Virus record (IMG/VR): IMGVR_UViG_3300045988_167691
DNA: 64,000 nucleotides
Direction: 5' to 3' (one strand)
From: a virus
Under the pieces are notes generated by a model, which saw nothing but the letters and a program-made list of their open reading frames with translations, searched no databases and was not told the DNA's origin. Numbering within the stretch: position 1 is the stretch's first letter; the number at the start of each line of letters is the position of its first letter. Position numbers and translations under genes: made by a program. Of this stretch, positions 28,501-37,250 are shown in pieces.

Positions 28501-29453
28501 GGTGTCCAAAAACGAAAATCAAGATATTTAGTAAGGCTCACTTGTATGTTCTGACGCACAGTAGACACATCGTAATCCGGTTGAAGCTGAACACGGAAAT
28601 CCAACCCCCTTTCTGAACCCACATAGAACCAATCAATATTCTTGATACCAATACCAACTACTTTCCCTTCAATATTCAGTTCTGAAATACCAAAATATCC
28701 TTGTGCGCTTTCAAGAAGTGTATCAAGTTCTTCTTCGGTAAAGAAAATACCGTTCTGCGAAACAACATAGAGATTATATATGCCCTTTTCGTCCAGACCG
28801 GCACTCATTACTTTTAAGACACGATCGTCTATGTTGCTAAGTGTCTGTGTCCAGTATTCTATTGTATTCTTGCTAAGGATATTCAGATTGTTCTTAATAC
28901 GGATTCTAAACGTTTCATCATCCTCACTATCACGTCCTCCAATAGCATAATATTCATTCGTACATTCGATATGACCTTGTGGCTGCGGAGAAACATTAGT
29001 AATGCTATTAGGCGGTACGTTTGTGGAATACCCTGCGTTGATACTTCTTACCTTTACATATCCGTAACCACTTTCCCCTACAGTCAATGCTTCGTCAACT
29101 TGGAAACGAATACCGTTCTTGTTCACAAAAGTAACGTCAGTACCATACACAGTACCAGGATCAGCAGACACCCTTATATATGTCGAAGAACCCAAAGCAC
29201 CTTTACGCGGGCTGACACCATACAAAGCAGCAGCCTTATCCAGATAAACGCCTGTAGCTGTATCTGGAAATATCTGCGCTTCCTTTATGGCAATATCCTT
29301 CATTGCCTTTTGAGCAACTTTCGCTACACCGAATGCCGTAGCATTCACAACCGAACCGTCAGCTACATTACTTACCTTGGCAGTCTTATCCAAAAACATC
29401 TCTATAAAGAGATTTTTCAAATTGGTTATCGTTGCACTTGTTTTTGTAATCAT
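22560..29453 (-). CDS. baseplate-J-like protein fused to a giant tail fibre with a glycine-rich tip
   Basis: The 2297-aa ORF has an N-terminal ~200 aa resembling the Baseplate_J family (..AGYSTNVPPNSITNV..YAIGGRDSEDDETFRIRI). These are followed by more than 15 CarboxypepD_reg-like repeats (G..V..A.V......T...G.A...L.NG.Y.YT..K.GY). The last 259 aa are a G-rich tip. Confidence 0.8.
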   Translation of the reverse strand: MITKTSATITNLKNLFIEMFLDKTAKVSNVADGSVVNATAFGVAKVAQKAMKDIAIKEAQIFPDTATGVYLDKAAALYGVSPRKGALGSSTYIRVSADPGTVYGTDVTFVNKNGIRFQVDEALTVGESGYGYVKVRSINAGYSTNVPPNSITNVSPQPQGHIECTNEYYAIGGRDSEDDETFRIRIKNNLNILSKNTIEYWTQTLSNIDDRVLKVMSAGLDEKGIYNLYVVSQNGIFFTEEELDTLLESAQGYFGISELNIEGKVVGIGIKNIDWFYVGSERGLDFRVQLQPDYDVSTVRQNIQVSLTKYLDFRFWTPGKIVEWDDLLDIVKKTDGVKYVPDEYFFPYYDQQVPANQLPRIRGFVMRDQDGNVLYDSDSNLSPLFYPAESEDLFVGINDSSLNLYQEVYFNVTDSDGRPVEGANISIGNNAVVTNDNGQAIIQLANGQYEYIVSASGYIPAEGMFVVLNGSVFIDVQMVLAPYTVTFHMTDEKGGVVPYANVTMDNRTTTTNLQGVASLSARNGNYPYTIEKLGYDEYSGSVVVDGRDKEVYPELEFKVWTITVIVKDKENQLIPNVIVKVNNGEYLTSQHGEVEIPLVNGEYPVTIEKTGYDTLQGEIKVNNQNADVTFEMDFFLYNVEFNISQVNQGNPAEGATIKIEGQPGVLNVNGSGQATIKLKSGNYSYTVQKKGYDDLTGSFNVEGQDTLIRRTLVLKHYNVVITVKNSDNSSPAQGAAVNINGSSYPTNERGQAVASLQNGTYPYTVTKSGYYDGSSSVTVLDSDNSSVISLKARLYNVIMTVKNPLKEPIKGATVEINATSYQTQDNGEVSLQLKNGTYPFTVVANGMDDYLGELEVVSADIPSFPVNMEYKKYDIVFTVQTDEGVAIENANIHINEKDYQTSQGGLVTVRLSDGDYPYTVTKDGYVQTQGSISVSGSNKDVLVQLVPMSYNITFIAKDNMSSPNLLQGVSIGISGKEEALVTGTNGEATLKLKAGRYTATFSKEGYKGEELPFEVTKEETFTQILKKIWNLTFKVTAAGKSGLKDVAVSVSGAAILSGNTVSLKTKDDGTTDPVQVINGAYDWGALLAGYSPEEGVGSIQDADQEKAVELVFGFETTFTVKDEEGGFVDGAKIVIDNAETITTTQDGTAKTNLSTGTHSYTYSKEGYQSGNGTVRVNEAETSVSITMIRGAIVTFKTIVSNSVKSDVKIVVNSATQRVLPQTIVTNQSGIATISLPEGSYTYSIPTDESNNSDLIDVPDGSFEVGLQAKQVDIDLTDYVKYSIIFQITPAYANPDINIYRKEAPGTVIDSGKASSGVATFQNRNGNYTYTATKDGYLDFSGEFTVSNGQADISFEMKQISDVQFTVKVEDENTAIENAVVTMVDRNNSSNKYKGTTNSSGVAIMTFDGGEFEWSQDSDADFSGCPVFQEDEKYLVPSEGVTTDQLKTYFPNGVIVSPLTIVQDKDNGGITESLTRIYNSNKIDGWEGSWDKTKKNLTLTSVIKTSTASTETYVLFNVDAGLIGFSNGLFQIGTEKTVDYHKALDFGFKVSGVPSNLKIVITYGSQNAPLTVEMENDVIQRFQLSDLLLDTKTIGNPTIWSVYVQSFDGGTLSADDLKDLNITFSFYGKKVKSSDIPENKVLYGSYDYVVTPPLPLQPKKGFMSVHLPSVNQEVFISSTTTLLFLVYGGDSGTTFLEGARITVSETDGKIYSGTTGQDGVARINVPLGQSFSYEVAADGYMTATGETGVISEIKSISVTLEKGVSVTVTVRENTSSGSPVSGAKVTAENGNVKVTGVTNSQGNAVLTVKSGSNIFTVEKSGYENTVYSDYVTSSKEINISLKKIYSALNVQVRRVGQMQGMPSQIQLKDSTGLEVIQTKNITTTVTFANVAYGQYILYVPEGDFSKETSQSITVNSEGMQVQVNLTPLYMVQVKVNPTGGNVEFTDSEGQKHTGSAGPATYTARFDKIPAGNYQIKITSSGFSDFSTTGSISGVYQTSVNLEYTLTKPNKLVQITSDQSNYQLDTSYKYVSLLIVGRGGEKFEYWDSWNEFVLMGGTTGQIVYIPNILMSDISNGQINKITFSSIPNTGSWTEGTEYSIRLGITTYECRAYNGKGNAQNDADLPMPQGSRLGNYSVYNAKSSGGFAAHMIGTFYCSGSPGSQNAKEETYPSTGLRIQPDGAPGGDGKYGFKSSYEDTVLGKVTKPIQSSVVIPVQSIFGGTSKGGAGYLNTLSGQRTGASAYGGAGYGDSYFTSPDGGKTRIAGYGSGEESSPADDDAGNITRPGEGIFCIYYHNEPI
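23340..23406. repeat. inverted repeat, right copy (67 bp, perfect)
   Basis: It is the exact reverse complement of 21721..21787 and lies inside the 2297-aa ORF (codons 2016-2038). Confidence 0.95.
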
Positions 29454-29464
29454 CTGAATATCAA

Positions 29465-30412
29465 TTATATAGGAACATTTACTAAATAATCTTTCTTTGT
29501 TACCGTTTTACATTGCAAAGAAAGGAACACGGCATCTTCCTCTCTTTTTACATCCATCAACTCCACAGAGTCCCATCTTGAATCCCTTTGGAACATATTC
29601 ATTACATCCTTAAAAATAGAAGGGTACTGGATTGCGTTCACCGTTGTTCCTATGAACTCATTTGCAATTCCATAATCCTTAAACTCTGGTATACAACCTT
29701 TCTGTGCTGACAAAATAGCATCAAGAGCTTGCTTTATCGCATCATCTCCCACTACTATTTTCAAATCATTATTCTCAAACACAAAATTAAGGTCTATATC
29801 TCTTCCCAATATGTTTTCTCCTACCAGCACATCCACTACCGTATCAAGATAATTTCCTCCAATGTTTCTAAGATTGACGTAGAACCTGTTCCCTCCATCT
29901 GAAAAAGAATAATCTGTTTCTTCTATATACTGCGGAATGGTAATATCCATCCAATCGTCTTCCGGGTTCTCACTATTAAGTTGTCTTGCCACATCTTCAA
30001 ACCGCTCTCCCGTCCGAAGTGTCTTTTCAAGCTGTAAAGTATTGTTCTTGTCCAAAGAGGAACTGCGAAGCCACCTTGCAGAACTCTTTATAGTGGAAAG
30101 TTTGGTCTGTGTTTCAGTAAAATTATCCAAAATATCCCACATGGAAATATCATCCAAAGTGTTTTCATGTAGGATAAACAAAGGTTCAATAGTTTCTGAT
30201 TCCTTTGTAAGTTCCACAAGACGTAAAAAAGAATCCTTGTCCACCTCTCCGCCGTTGCTATAGTAGTCAACAATCAAAGGATAGTCGTTGGTACAGAAAT
30301 CCACAAACTTTTGAAAATAGGATTTAATGTCGTACCCTGTTATGTTATAAAATTTTTCAAACGCTTTATCCATTGCCCAACAAACCTTTTGAAAGTGAAC
30401 TTGCGAACTCAT
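29465..30412 (-). CDS. baseplate protein (C-terminal region possibly gp25/GpW-like)
   Basis: The 315-aa ORF lies immediately upstream of the J-like gene, the usual position of a W/gp25 homolog. The assignment is positional. Confidence 0.4.
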   Translation of the reverse strand: MSSQVHFQKVCWAMDKAFEKFYNITGYDIKSYFQKFVDFCTNDYPLIVDYYSNGGEVDKDSFLRLVELTKESETIEPLFILHENTLDDISMWDILDNFTETQTKLSTIKSSARWLRSSSLDKNNTLQLEKTLRTGERFEDVARQLNSENPEDDWMDITIPQYIEETDYSFSDGGNRFYVNLRNIGGNYLDTVVDVLVGENILGRDIDLNFVFENNDLKIVVGDDAIKQALDAILSAQKGCIPEFKDYGIANEFIGTTVNAIQYPSIFKDVMNMFQRDSRWDSVELMDVKREEDAVFLSLQCKTVTKKDYLVNVPI

Positions 30413-31148
30413 TTACACCTTTTTGGATCACATTGGAAGCACATGCAGACACCAAAGAACCTTTAGCTCCCTTAGTTCCCAAAACAGCTTCCATAGGAGC
30501 AATAACAGTCATTTCAAGATTATATTCCCAAATCATGTTCTTTGATACATTTTGACTGAAAGTAATCCCTCTTGGCGGAATGGTAACCAAATAGCTTTCA
30601 CCAAATGCCATGTTATAAAAATATAGCTTCATAGGGAAACCCAGACTATCCACACCGTTACTTTTGTCTATGATAGACTGCAATATTTTTATACAACCGT
30701 ATCCTGTTTTTATTCCTACATCAAAAGAAGGCATTTTTAAAGAACTTGTGCTCTTACCTTGCAACTGATACAAATAGCGTTTTCCGGCAGATATACTGAA
30801 AGCTGCACCTGTCAAGGAAACACTATCAGAACCGGATAGAAGAATCTTGAATGTCCTACCGAAGTTCCCTTTTATGGATATTGACTGTGGTGTAAACACC
30901 GGAGAAGTAAGAACCGTTATGCCACCTGCCGTATTAACTACTGTAGTTCTTTTCGGTTCACTCTTGTCTATGCTTTCCGGGCTGATGGGGAAAGTAAAGA
31001 CATCAATCGTATTGTCCTTAGAATCTGTCAATTCCAAAGAACACATATACACTTCAAAATCATTCGGGAATTGCGTTGCCATCATGGAACGTCCCAAATT
31101 TTTAAGCGTTGACTTTGCTGTTTTTACTACTGAATCCAAAACTGCCAC
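30366..31148 (-). CDS. baseplate-module protein, function unknown
   Basis: The 260-aa ORF lies between the spike-like and gp25-like genes. Confidence 0.45.
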   Translation of the reverse strand: MAVLDSVVKTAKSTLKNLGRSMMATQFPNDFEVYMCSLELTDSKDNTIDVFTFPISPESIDKSEPKRTTVVNTAGGITVLTSPVFTPQSISIKGNFGRTFKILLSGSDSVSLTGAAFSISAGKRYLYQLQGKSTSSLKMPSFDVGIKTGYGCIKILQSIIDKSNGVDSLGFPMKLYFYNMAFGESYLVTIPPRGITFSQNVSKNMIWEYNLEMTVIAPMEAVLGTKGAKGSLVSACASNVIQKGVNEFASSLSKGLLGNG

Positions 31149-31202
31149 GGCTATAGATATTTAAATTGTTTATCAAAAATACAAACTTTTCTTCGCAACT
31201 CC

Positions 31203-32207
31203 TTATCCCTGTGTTATTTTTTCATTCTCATAATCAGAAGCATTGAAAGATTGTGCCGACTGCATGGGAAAAGTTACAGGTACAGGTGCAGGACTTGGTA
31301 CGCCTGCTGTTGCTCCCACAAGAAAAGAACCTGCTGGTACATTATGAGTATGAGAATTGAATGTATTTACAAACGTATTCAGCTTGCTTGTAAGATTATC
31401 CAATTCCACCAATCCTTTCAATCCACCACCATTAAACTCAATTATATCATTGTTCATTTTGAGTGTAGAAGCTCCTGTTTTCAAGTCCAATTGTTCTTTG
31501 GTTATTGTACTTTGTACATTATCCCCTATTTTGACCATAACACCTGTATTATCCACCTGTAGGGATTGCTCCATTTCTTCTGTTTTCCAATGGAAAGAAA
31601 CCTTTTCCAAATCCATAGAAACACGTCTTTCTTCTTCCTCCGGTTTTTCAGGGTTTACGACTTTCGCTTCCATTTGAGTATAACTCTTTACAGAAACCAT
31701 TTCTCCACCCAACACATTCACGCTTCCAGTTGATTCAACGTTTACTTCCGATTCTAAAGAACCTGTTGACCTAACGCTGACGGAAGCCTTTTCAGGGGAA
31801 TTAATAGAAACCATAATTGTGTTGTCGCTCGGATTGACCACCAAAGAAGCTGTTACATTCCCTACCGTCTTTCTAAATTGAAAAGTATTTTCTTTCCACA
31901 TAGGAGACTGATCGTTTCTGCAATAACTACCTATCACAATAGGGATACCGTCATACGGATTGCTTGCCAACACAACTGCCGACCCTTGCTCATTTTCTTT
32001 TGAAGGAAACTCGATATTTGCCAATACTTCGTTTGTGATATACACATCCCTAAAGAAAGCTCCACCATTGCCCATAACAGAAACGCGTCCTGTTCGCAAA
32101 CAAGTTTCCACATACAAATCCCTATCCACTCCGTTAGGAATAACTATAAACCCGAATGAAATGGGTTCAGAAGAGCCGTTTAATTTTCTTGTTTTTCCTC
32201 CTGCCAT
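31203..32207 (-). CDS. baseplate central spike candidate (gpV/gp5-like)
   Basis: The 334-aa ORF has a C-terminal NSHTHNVPAG. An HxH motif near the C-terminus occurs in P2 gpV-type spike apex domains. The beta-rich middle region and the position in the baseplate module also fit. Confidence 0.4.
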   Translation of the reverse strand: MAGGKTRKLNGSSEPISFGFIVIPNGVDRDLYVETCLRTGRVSVMGNGGAFFRDVYITNEVLANIEFPSKENEQGSAVVLASNPYDGIPIVIGSYCRNDQSPMWKENTFQFRKTVGNVTASLVVNPSDNTIMVSINSPEKASVSVRSTGSLESEVNVESTGSVNVLGGEMVSVKSYTQMEAKVVNPEKPEEEERRVSMDLEKVSFHWKTEEMEQSLQVDNTGVMVKIGDNVQSTITKEQLDLKTGASTLKMNNDIIEFNGGGLKGLVELDNLTSKLNTFVNTFNSHTHNVPAGSFLVGATAGVPSPAPVPVTFPMQSAQSFNASDYENEKITQG

Positions 32208-32209
32208 GA

Positions 32210-34375
32210 TTAGCTAAACATTTTTCTGTTAAGGAAATAATCGAATTGATCTTTATCTACTTTAGGCATGACAAGTGTTGCTATCTTTCCTGCCTCCGCC
32301 TGTTTTGCTGCATTCCTTATTTCCGTCAAATCAATCAATTTGAAATAATCCGGTTTGACATCTTTGCTTTCTTCTCCGGCATTGTCTTTCCTATCCTTTA
32401 CATTCGAGAAAGAATTGGAAAGAATTGGCATATACATACCCCTTTCCACTTGTACAATCGTCTGTCTTTGTAAATTACCATCCAAAAACGAAACGTTGTT
32501 GACAACTGAAGAAACATAAAAGAACTCATTTGTCGGTTCAAAATAAATAAACGTGCCAACCTTTATTCTTCTGTCCCCGTTTATCGTGATAGTCCCTGTC
32601 CTTGTGAACGGCAAATAAGCCGTTGATTCCATAATGTAAATCAAATCATTTGTTGCTGCTGCTTGGAAATTCGCAAGAGATTGGGTTGCTTTCACTCCCT
32701 CTGTTTCCTTGTAGTTCAAATATTGATCCGTAAAGGACATTTTCTTGTTTCCAAAAACTTCTGCATACTCACTCAAATACACAATAGGAACAAAAGCAAG
32801 GCTTGTTGTGTTGTTCTGTCCTGCATGATTACTCATTACCCTTAACTGATACCAAGAATAACTTCTCGTATCATAAGACAAATCATATCCGTATGTATTT
32901 TCAGTCTTAACTGTGATGTACTGCCCGTTCTTATATGCACCCAAAATAGCATCTTTGTTGAATGGTGGTTGCCTTACAACAAGATCTATCGTGTTGACGT
33001 AAGTATCAAAATAAAACTCGACCAAAGGAAATTGACAAACTCTGTTCATGTATTCCAAAAGTGTACCGTTCGGATTGGCAATAGAAGAATCTATGAGCAC
33101 TCTTTTTTCAAGCACATCTTCCACAAACACTTTGAATATTTGCCAAATACCGTTTACCGACTGTTTTTCTTTGACACCCAAGTCATAACTTTTTGTTCTT
33201 TTGTCCTGCCATGAATCGAATACATTGTTTTTCGCTACCCCTATATTAGACATCACATTCACAATAAACCAAATACATTCCCTAATAGGTTTCATTTGGT
33301 ATGACCATAAAAGATTAGAGAATGCACCTGTAAGAACATTTCTTTTGAACCAAATGCTATCCTCGTTCATCTCATACCAATGAGAAAACGTATCGGTTAC
33401 ATTGAGTAAAGGAATGAAATAACAACCATCATCTGAAAACAATTTATTTATATCACGACCTTCTATTGTGATAGATTTAGTGTTCCCTTGCGCTTCATAA
33501 GATGTAGTGCAAGTATCCACAAACCCTATCATATCCCAAATATTGTTTCTCGCCACTTTGGAAATAGGAATTTCAAGCTCTACGCGTTTCCCTGTCTCCA
33601 GCTCTCCTTTATTTTTTTCTTTTTGCAGACGTTCAAAACGTATAAAAACAATATCGTTATTCTGAATAAACTTTTCTTGAAACGGTTTTACCTGTGCTCC
33701 CGTATTGGAAACTACATTAAACTGCTCCAAAACAGAATCCCCAAATTTGAACGAACTTCCATTAAAGTAAAACGGTGCAAGTAAAACACTGAACTCCCCT
33801 GTTTGTTTAGATTTGGTTGTAACCACTTGCAGTACATAAGGAGATAAATCAATCACTTTATCAATGGACTTTACATAAATCCATATCCTTACATTCATGG
33901 AGATAATTTTGGCATTCACACCCGTTCCATTCAAAGCAGAAGTCACATTTGTATCGGGCAAATATTCTTCATCACTTATCAGTTCTTCGTAATTATCTCC
34001 CCAATAAGCCTTAAAATTCTGCTGCGAAACAAACTGCCCTTCTTTTGCTGCTTTTACAAGAGAAATAGGTGTATCTCCTTTTGGACAGAATACAGTTGTT
34101 CCTTGTTTTATATAAGGCAACGTACCGGAATCATAATCACTTTTATATTTGTTCTGTTCTTCCTTATCGTATGTTCCCCAAATAATATCAAGGTTAGAAA
34201 TACCTTTTTCGTTCTTTACCTTCATCAAATCAGAAGGTGTATATCTTTTCGTACCGGTAGGAACATATTTTTGCCATACATTTATAAAATCCTGTACGGT
34301 TGAATATTTGTATGCCGGAATAGGATAAACTGGTGGCGTACTTTGTTCTTTCTTATTTTTCTTATCCTGTGCCAT
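32210..34375 (-). CDS. baseplate hub / distal tail protein candidate
   Basis: The 721-aa ORF lies directly downstream of the tape measure gene. The assignment is positional only. Confidence 0.35.
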   Translation of the reverse strand: MAQDKKNKKEQSTPPVYPIPAYKYSTVQDFINVWQKYVPTGTKRYTPSDLMKVKNEKGISNLDIIWGTYDKEEQNKYKSDYDSGTLPYIKQGTTVFCPKGDTPISLVKAAKEGQFVSQQNFKAYWGDNYEELISDEEYLPDTNVTSALNGTGVNAKIISMNVRIWIYVKSIDKVIDLSPYVLQVVTTKSKQTGEFSVLLAPFYFNGSSFKFGDSVLEQFNVVSNTGAQVKPFQEKFIQNNDIVFIRFERLQKEKNKGELETGKRVELEIPISKVARNNIWDMIGFVDTCTTSYEAQGNTKSITIEGRDINKLFSDDGCYFIPLLNVTDTFSHWYEMNEDSIWFKRNVLTGAFSNLLWSYQMKPIRECIWFIVNVMSNIGVAKNNVFDSWQDKRTKSYDLGVKEKQSVNGIWQIFKVFVEDVLEKRVLIDSSIANPNGTLLEYMNRVCQFPLVEFYFDTYVNTIDLVVRQPPFNKDAILGAYKNGQYITVKTENTYGYDLSYDTRSYSWYQLRVMSNHAGQNNTTSLAFVPIVYLSEYAEVFGNKKMSFTDQYLNYKETEGVKATQSLANFQAAATNDLIYIMESTAYLPFTRTGTITINGDRRIKVGTFIYFEPTNEFFYVSSVVNNVSFLDGNLQRQTIVQVERGMYMPILSNSFSNVKDRKDNAGEESKDVKPDYFKLIDLTEIRNAAKQAEAGKIATLVMPKVDKDQFDYFLNRKMFS

Positions 34376-34378
34376 AAA

Positions 34379-36484
34379 TTATTCCCCCTTCATTTTTTCT
34401 TTTACCCAAGCAGCAGCAGTCCTTAGAAGGATTTCTGACGATAATCCCGCCAATCCCCCAAAAGCAATTTTTGAAACAGAAGAAGACGTTGCGGAATCTT
34501 TAGAAAACAAAAATTCAGATGCCTTCTTTATATCTTGCGTTAAGCCATCGTTAGCAAAATAAGTATAAATACCATTTATAGTATTCAATATCTTACCTAA
34601 TCTATCCATATTCGCTTCCCCAATACCAATCATCTTATTCTCATAGGCTGACATCATCTTTTCTCCTGCCGTAACAGTTCTTTCGGCAGCAGTAGGAGCG
34701 TATCTGTTTGTCGGATCATTCTGCGCTTGGAGTGCTTGGCTTGATTCTTTGACCACCTCAAACGTTTTTTTATAATCCAGCGTTCCCGTTTCCGTAAGCG
34801 CATTAATGTCCGTATAGGTCAATTTCGTAAAAGCACCCCGCATCAAATGACGAAGTGTTTCCAGACTTCCACCCGCCATTTGCGTTAAAGCATCGAGAAA
34901 ACGCTTCATTACGTTTTCATCGCCTTTCCCTTTTGTCAAATCATCCAAAGCAGCAAGAATTTCAGAAGGAGTTGTCGAACCGGTAGCTTGCTGGGCTGCT
35001 CTGAACAAAAGTGTCTGTGTCACCTCGTCTTGTGAAATTCCTTGTCCCATAAAAGCCTGCTGTACGCGCTCCAATTGCCTACCTTCCATTCCTGTCTGCA
35101 AACGAACGGCACGCATGATAGAAGCTATGCTTGCTGCATCTATTTCACCTGTACGAGAAAGAATATCATCGGCAGAACGGATAAAGGTAGTCATACTTTC
35201 ATCCATTGTAGAGGCAATCTCACTAAGAGGAATTTGAAGCTGTTTCATTGTCTGCTCAAATGAACGGATAATAGCAGATGAAGAAGCTGTTTGTCCTTCC
35301 TCTGTACGGGCAAAACGCATCGCCCCTTGCATTCCCATTACAGTACGATCACTAAGTCCATATAAACGCTGTACAGCCATCAAACTTTGTGTTTCCGGTA
35401 CAGGTGCAACTGTTTCTTCCTTTCCTCCTGCGGCACGGATAAGTGCAGCACGCCTTTGAATATACTCTCCTACATTCATTCCAAGAGCACCAGCAGCATA
35501 ACTACCTTCTCCAAAGGCTGTGCGCATGGCTTGTCCTGCGGAAACGCCCATTGTCTGCGCATAAGGTATGGTTCTCTTTTGCGCTTCCATAGCCTTTTCA
35601 ACAGATGTAGTGAAAATTCCCGTCATGACATTGGCGACCGCAGTGGTTACACCGCCTAAAAATCCCCCTACACCAGGTATCAAAGAAAGACCTTCTCCCA
35701 CAATTCCGCCCAAAGAAGATATAAGTCCTCCACCCATAGCAGCAGGACTTTGGAATGTAGCTCCAACACCGGAAATCACTCTTGTGGCAATGTTAGTAGC
35801 TGTACTTCTGTCACTTCCTCTTTGTACATTTTCCCTTCTTTCTCTTGTAATAGGTGTTTCTTCTCTTGCTGGCACTGGTGATGGTGTGGGCACTGGAATA
35901 GGCCGTATTCCCGATCCACCCACAGAAGAAGTTCCTCTTTGATTGTATAGAGTTTCATCAACAGAAAAGACACCTTCTTGTATTCCCTCTAAAGCGCGTG
36001 CTCCTGCTTGCACGTTTTGAAGAATTTGCTTTGTTATATCAGACAAATCGCTATTGCCGGAAGAAATAGCTTCCACAATATCACGAAAACCTTCTTGATT
36101 GACACCAAGCAAAGCTGACAAGTCGATAGCTCTTGTTCCTCTATCTTGATAGGATTCGCCTCTTTCATCAGAAATGTCCGCTTCTGGTTGCTTTCTTCTT
36201 CTCCTTCGTGTGGGTGCTGTAGTCTCTTGTTCCTCTCCTTCCGGTTGTGGAGTAGGCTGAACAACTGGACGTGTGGGTGCTGTAGTCTGTCTACCCTTTT
36301 CAGAATTTTGCTGTCCCAAAAGGTTCAATTGTTCCCTAAGTTGGTTAAGATCGTCGTTCTGCTGGCGAATAATGTCGTTGTTGTTCTCGACTATTCTTCG
36401 CTGCATATTCTCGACATCTCTCCCGACCGACCTAAGTTGAGAGACATCCACCGACACCCTAAGTCTTTTTTCGTTATCAGCCAT
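34379..36484 (-). CDS. tail tape measure protein
   Basis: The 701-aa ORF has a coiled-coil N-terminus and a Gly/Ala-rich hydrophobic segment (GGLISSLGGIVGEGLSLIPGVGGFLGGVTTAVANV). It lies downstream of the chaperone pair and the tube. Confidence 0.75.
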   Translation of the reverse strand: MADNEKRLRVSVDVSQLRSVGRDVENMQRRIVENNNDIIRQQNDDLNQLREQLNLLGQQNSEKGRQTTAPTRPVVQPTPQPEGEEQETTAPTRRRRRKQPEADISDERGESYQDRGTRAIDLSALLGVNQEGFRDIVEAISSGNSDLSDITKQILQNVQAGARALEGIQEGVFSVDETLYNQRGTSSVGGSGIRPIPVPTPSPVPAREETPITRERRENVQRGSDRSTATNIATRVISGVGATFQSPAAMGGGLISSLGGIVGEGLSLIPGVGGFLGGVTTAVANVMTGIFTTSVEKAMEAQKRTIPYAQTMGVSAGQAMRTAFGEGSYAAGALGMNVGEYIQRRAALIRAAGGKEETVAPVPETQSLMAVQRLYGLSDRTVMGMQGAMRFARTEEGQTASSSAIIRSFEQTMKQLQIPLSEIASTMDESMTTFIRSADDILSRTGEIDAASIASIMRAVRLQTGMEGRQLERVQQAFMGQGISQDEVTQTLLFRAAQQATGSTTPSEILAALDDLTKGKGDENVMKRFLDALTQMAGGSLETLRHLMRGAFTKLTYTDINALTETGTLDYKKTFEVVKESSQALQAQNDPTNRYAPTAAERTVTAGEKMMSAYENKMIGIGEANMDRLGKILNTINGIYTYFANDGLTQDIKKASEFLFSKDSATSSSVSKIAFGGLAGLSSEILLRTAAAWVKEKMKGE

Positions 36485-36821
36485 CTTTCTCTTTATTTTC
36501 TTTTGCCTTCTGTTCCATCTCGATCATTTTAAACATCTGATCTTCATAAAAGGCAGTATCTTGTTCCGAAATTCCACCTTCCGGTGCTTTTAGCCAATCT
36601 CCAATATTAGGAATATATTCTTGTTTTTCTTTTTCTTCTTTTTCCTGTTGCAGTTCATAAAAAACTTTGTCTTCCTCAAATTCCATAAGTTCTGCAAAGA
36701 AATCACATTTCTTATGTTCTTCTGAAAGAAACGGGATTTTATGCTTGTTCCTATACCACCTATCAATAGGAAACATATTGTCCCATCTTATGACAAAGTT
36801 TTTATATTCTTCTCGGTTCAT
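36477..36821 (-). CDS. tail assembly chaperone, distal ORF (possible -1 frameshift extension)
   Basis: The 114-aa ORF lies in the -1 frame relative to the preceding ORF, with an ATGA overlap. The arrangement resembles gpG/gpGT. Confidence 0.5.
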   Translation of the reverse strand: MNREEYKNFVIRWDNMFPIDRWYRNKHKIPFLSEEHKKCDFFAELMEFEEDKVFYELQQEKEEKEKQEYIPNIGDWLKAPEGGISEQDTAFYEDQMFKMIEMEQKAKENKEKDG

Positions 36822-37159
36822 CAGTCTACAGATGAAAGTATTTTTTCAGCTTCTTTCAAGAACGGAAATACATCTTGCATATAAATATCACAAATTTCTT
36901 TGTAATCTTTCAGTCCCAGCTCAGAGAAACTTTTTACTTTCAAGTCAGACATCAATTGCGGACATAAAACAGAAATAGCAGCTTCCACATCTATCATGTC
37001 CAAAGCACGCTGTGCTGAAATAGTTGGGTTGCCGATCATGGAATTATAACTTCCTTTACCAAGTCTCTGTTTATTTACCTCAATTTGGTAATACTGCCCT
37101 ACATTAGGAAATTGAATTTCGTACTTTCTTCCTTTTACTGTAATTTCTTTCGTATTCAT
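36821..37159 (-). CDS. tail assembly chaperone, proximal ORF
   Basis: The 112-aa ORF lies between the tube/moron and the tape measure gene. Confidence 0.5.
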   Translation of the reverse strand: MNTKEITVKGRKYEIQFPNVGQYYQIEVNKQRLGKGSYNSMIGNPTISAQRALDMIDVEAAISVLCPQLMSDLKVKSFSELGLKDYKEICDIYMQDVFPFLKEAEKILSSVD

Positions 37160-37191
37160 ACTTTGTTTTGTGATTAATTTGTTGATATATG

Positions 37192-37199
37192 CAAAGATA
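37192..37199 (-). promoter_or_regulatory. -7 box candidate TATCTTTG upstream of the chaperone/tape-measure genes
   Basis: It matches TAnnTTTG 33 nt upstream of the ATG at 37159. I found no clear -33 TTTG. Confidence 0.25.
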
Positions 37200-37200
37200 G

Positions 37201-37239
37201 TAATAAAGCAGAGAAAGCAGAACTTTTGCTCTGCTTTCT
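37201..37239 (-). terminator. terminator-like hairpin after the moron
   Basis: A 10-bp stem, AGAAAGCAGA (37212..37221) / TCTGCTTTCT (37230..37239), is followed on the minus strand by CTGCTTTATTA. The U-tract is weak. Confidence 0.45.
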
Positions 37240-37250
37240 AAGATAATGCC

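Noticed and set aside
21686-29453. Diversity-generating retroelement (DGR) as an explanation for the duplicated fibre tip
   Set aside because: I recognise no reverse transcriptase ORF in the window. The two tips differ by indels and substitutions at all bases, rather than the adenine-specific mismatches expected between a template and a variable repeat. The only identical stretch is inverted, not direct.
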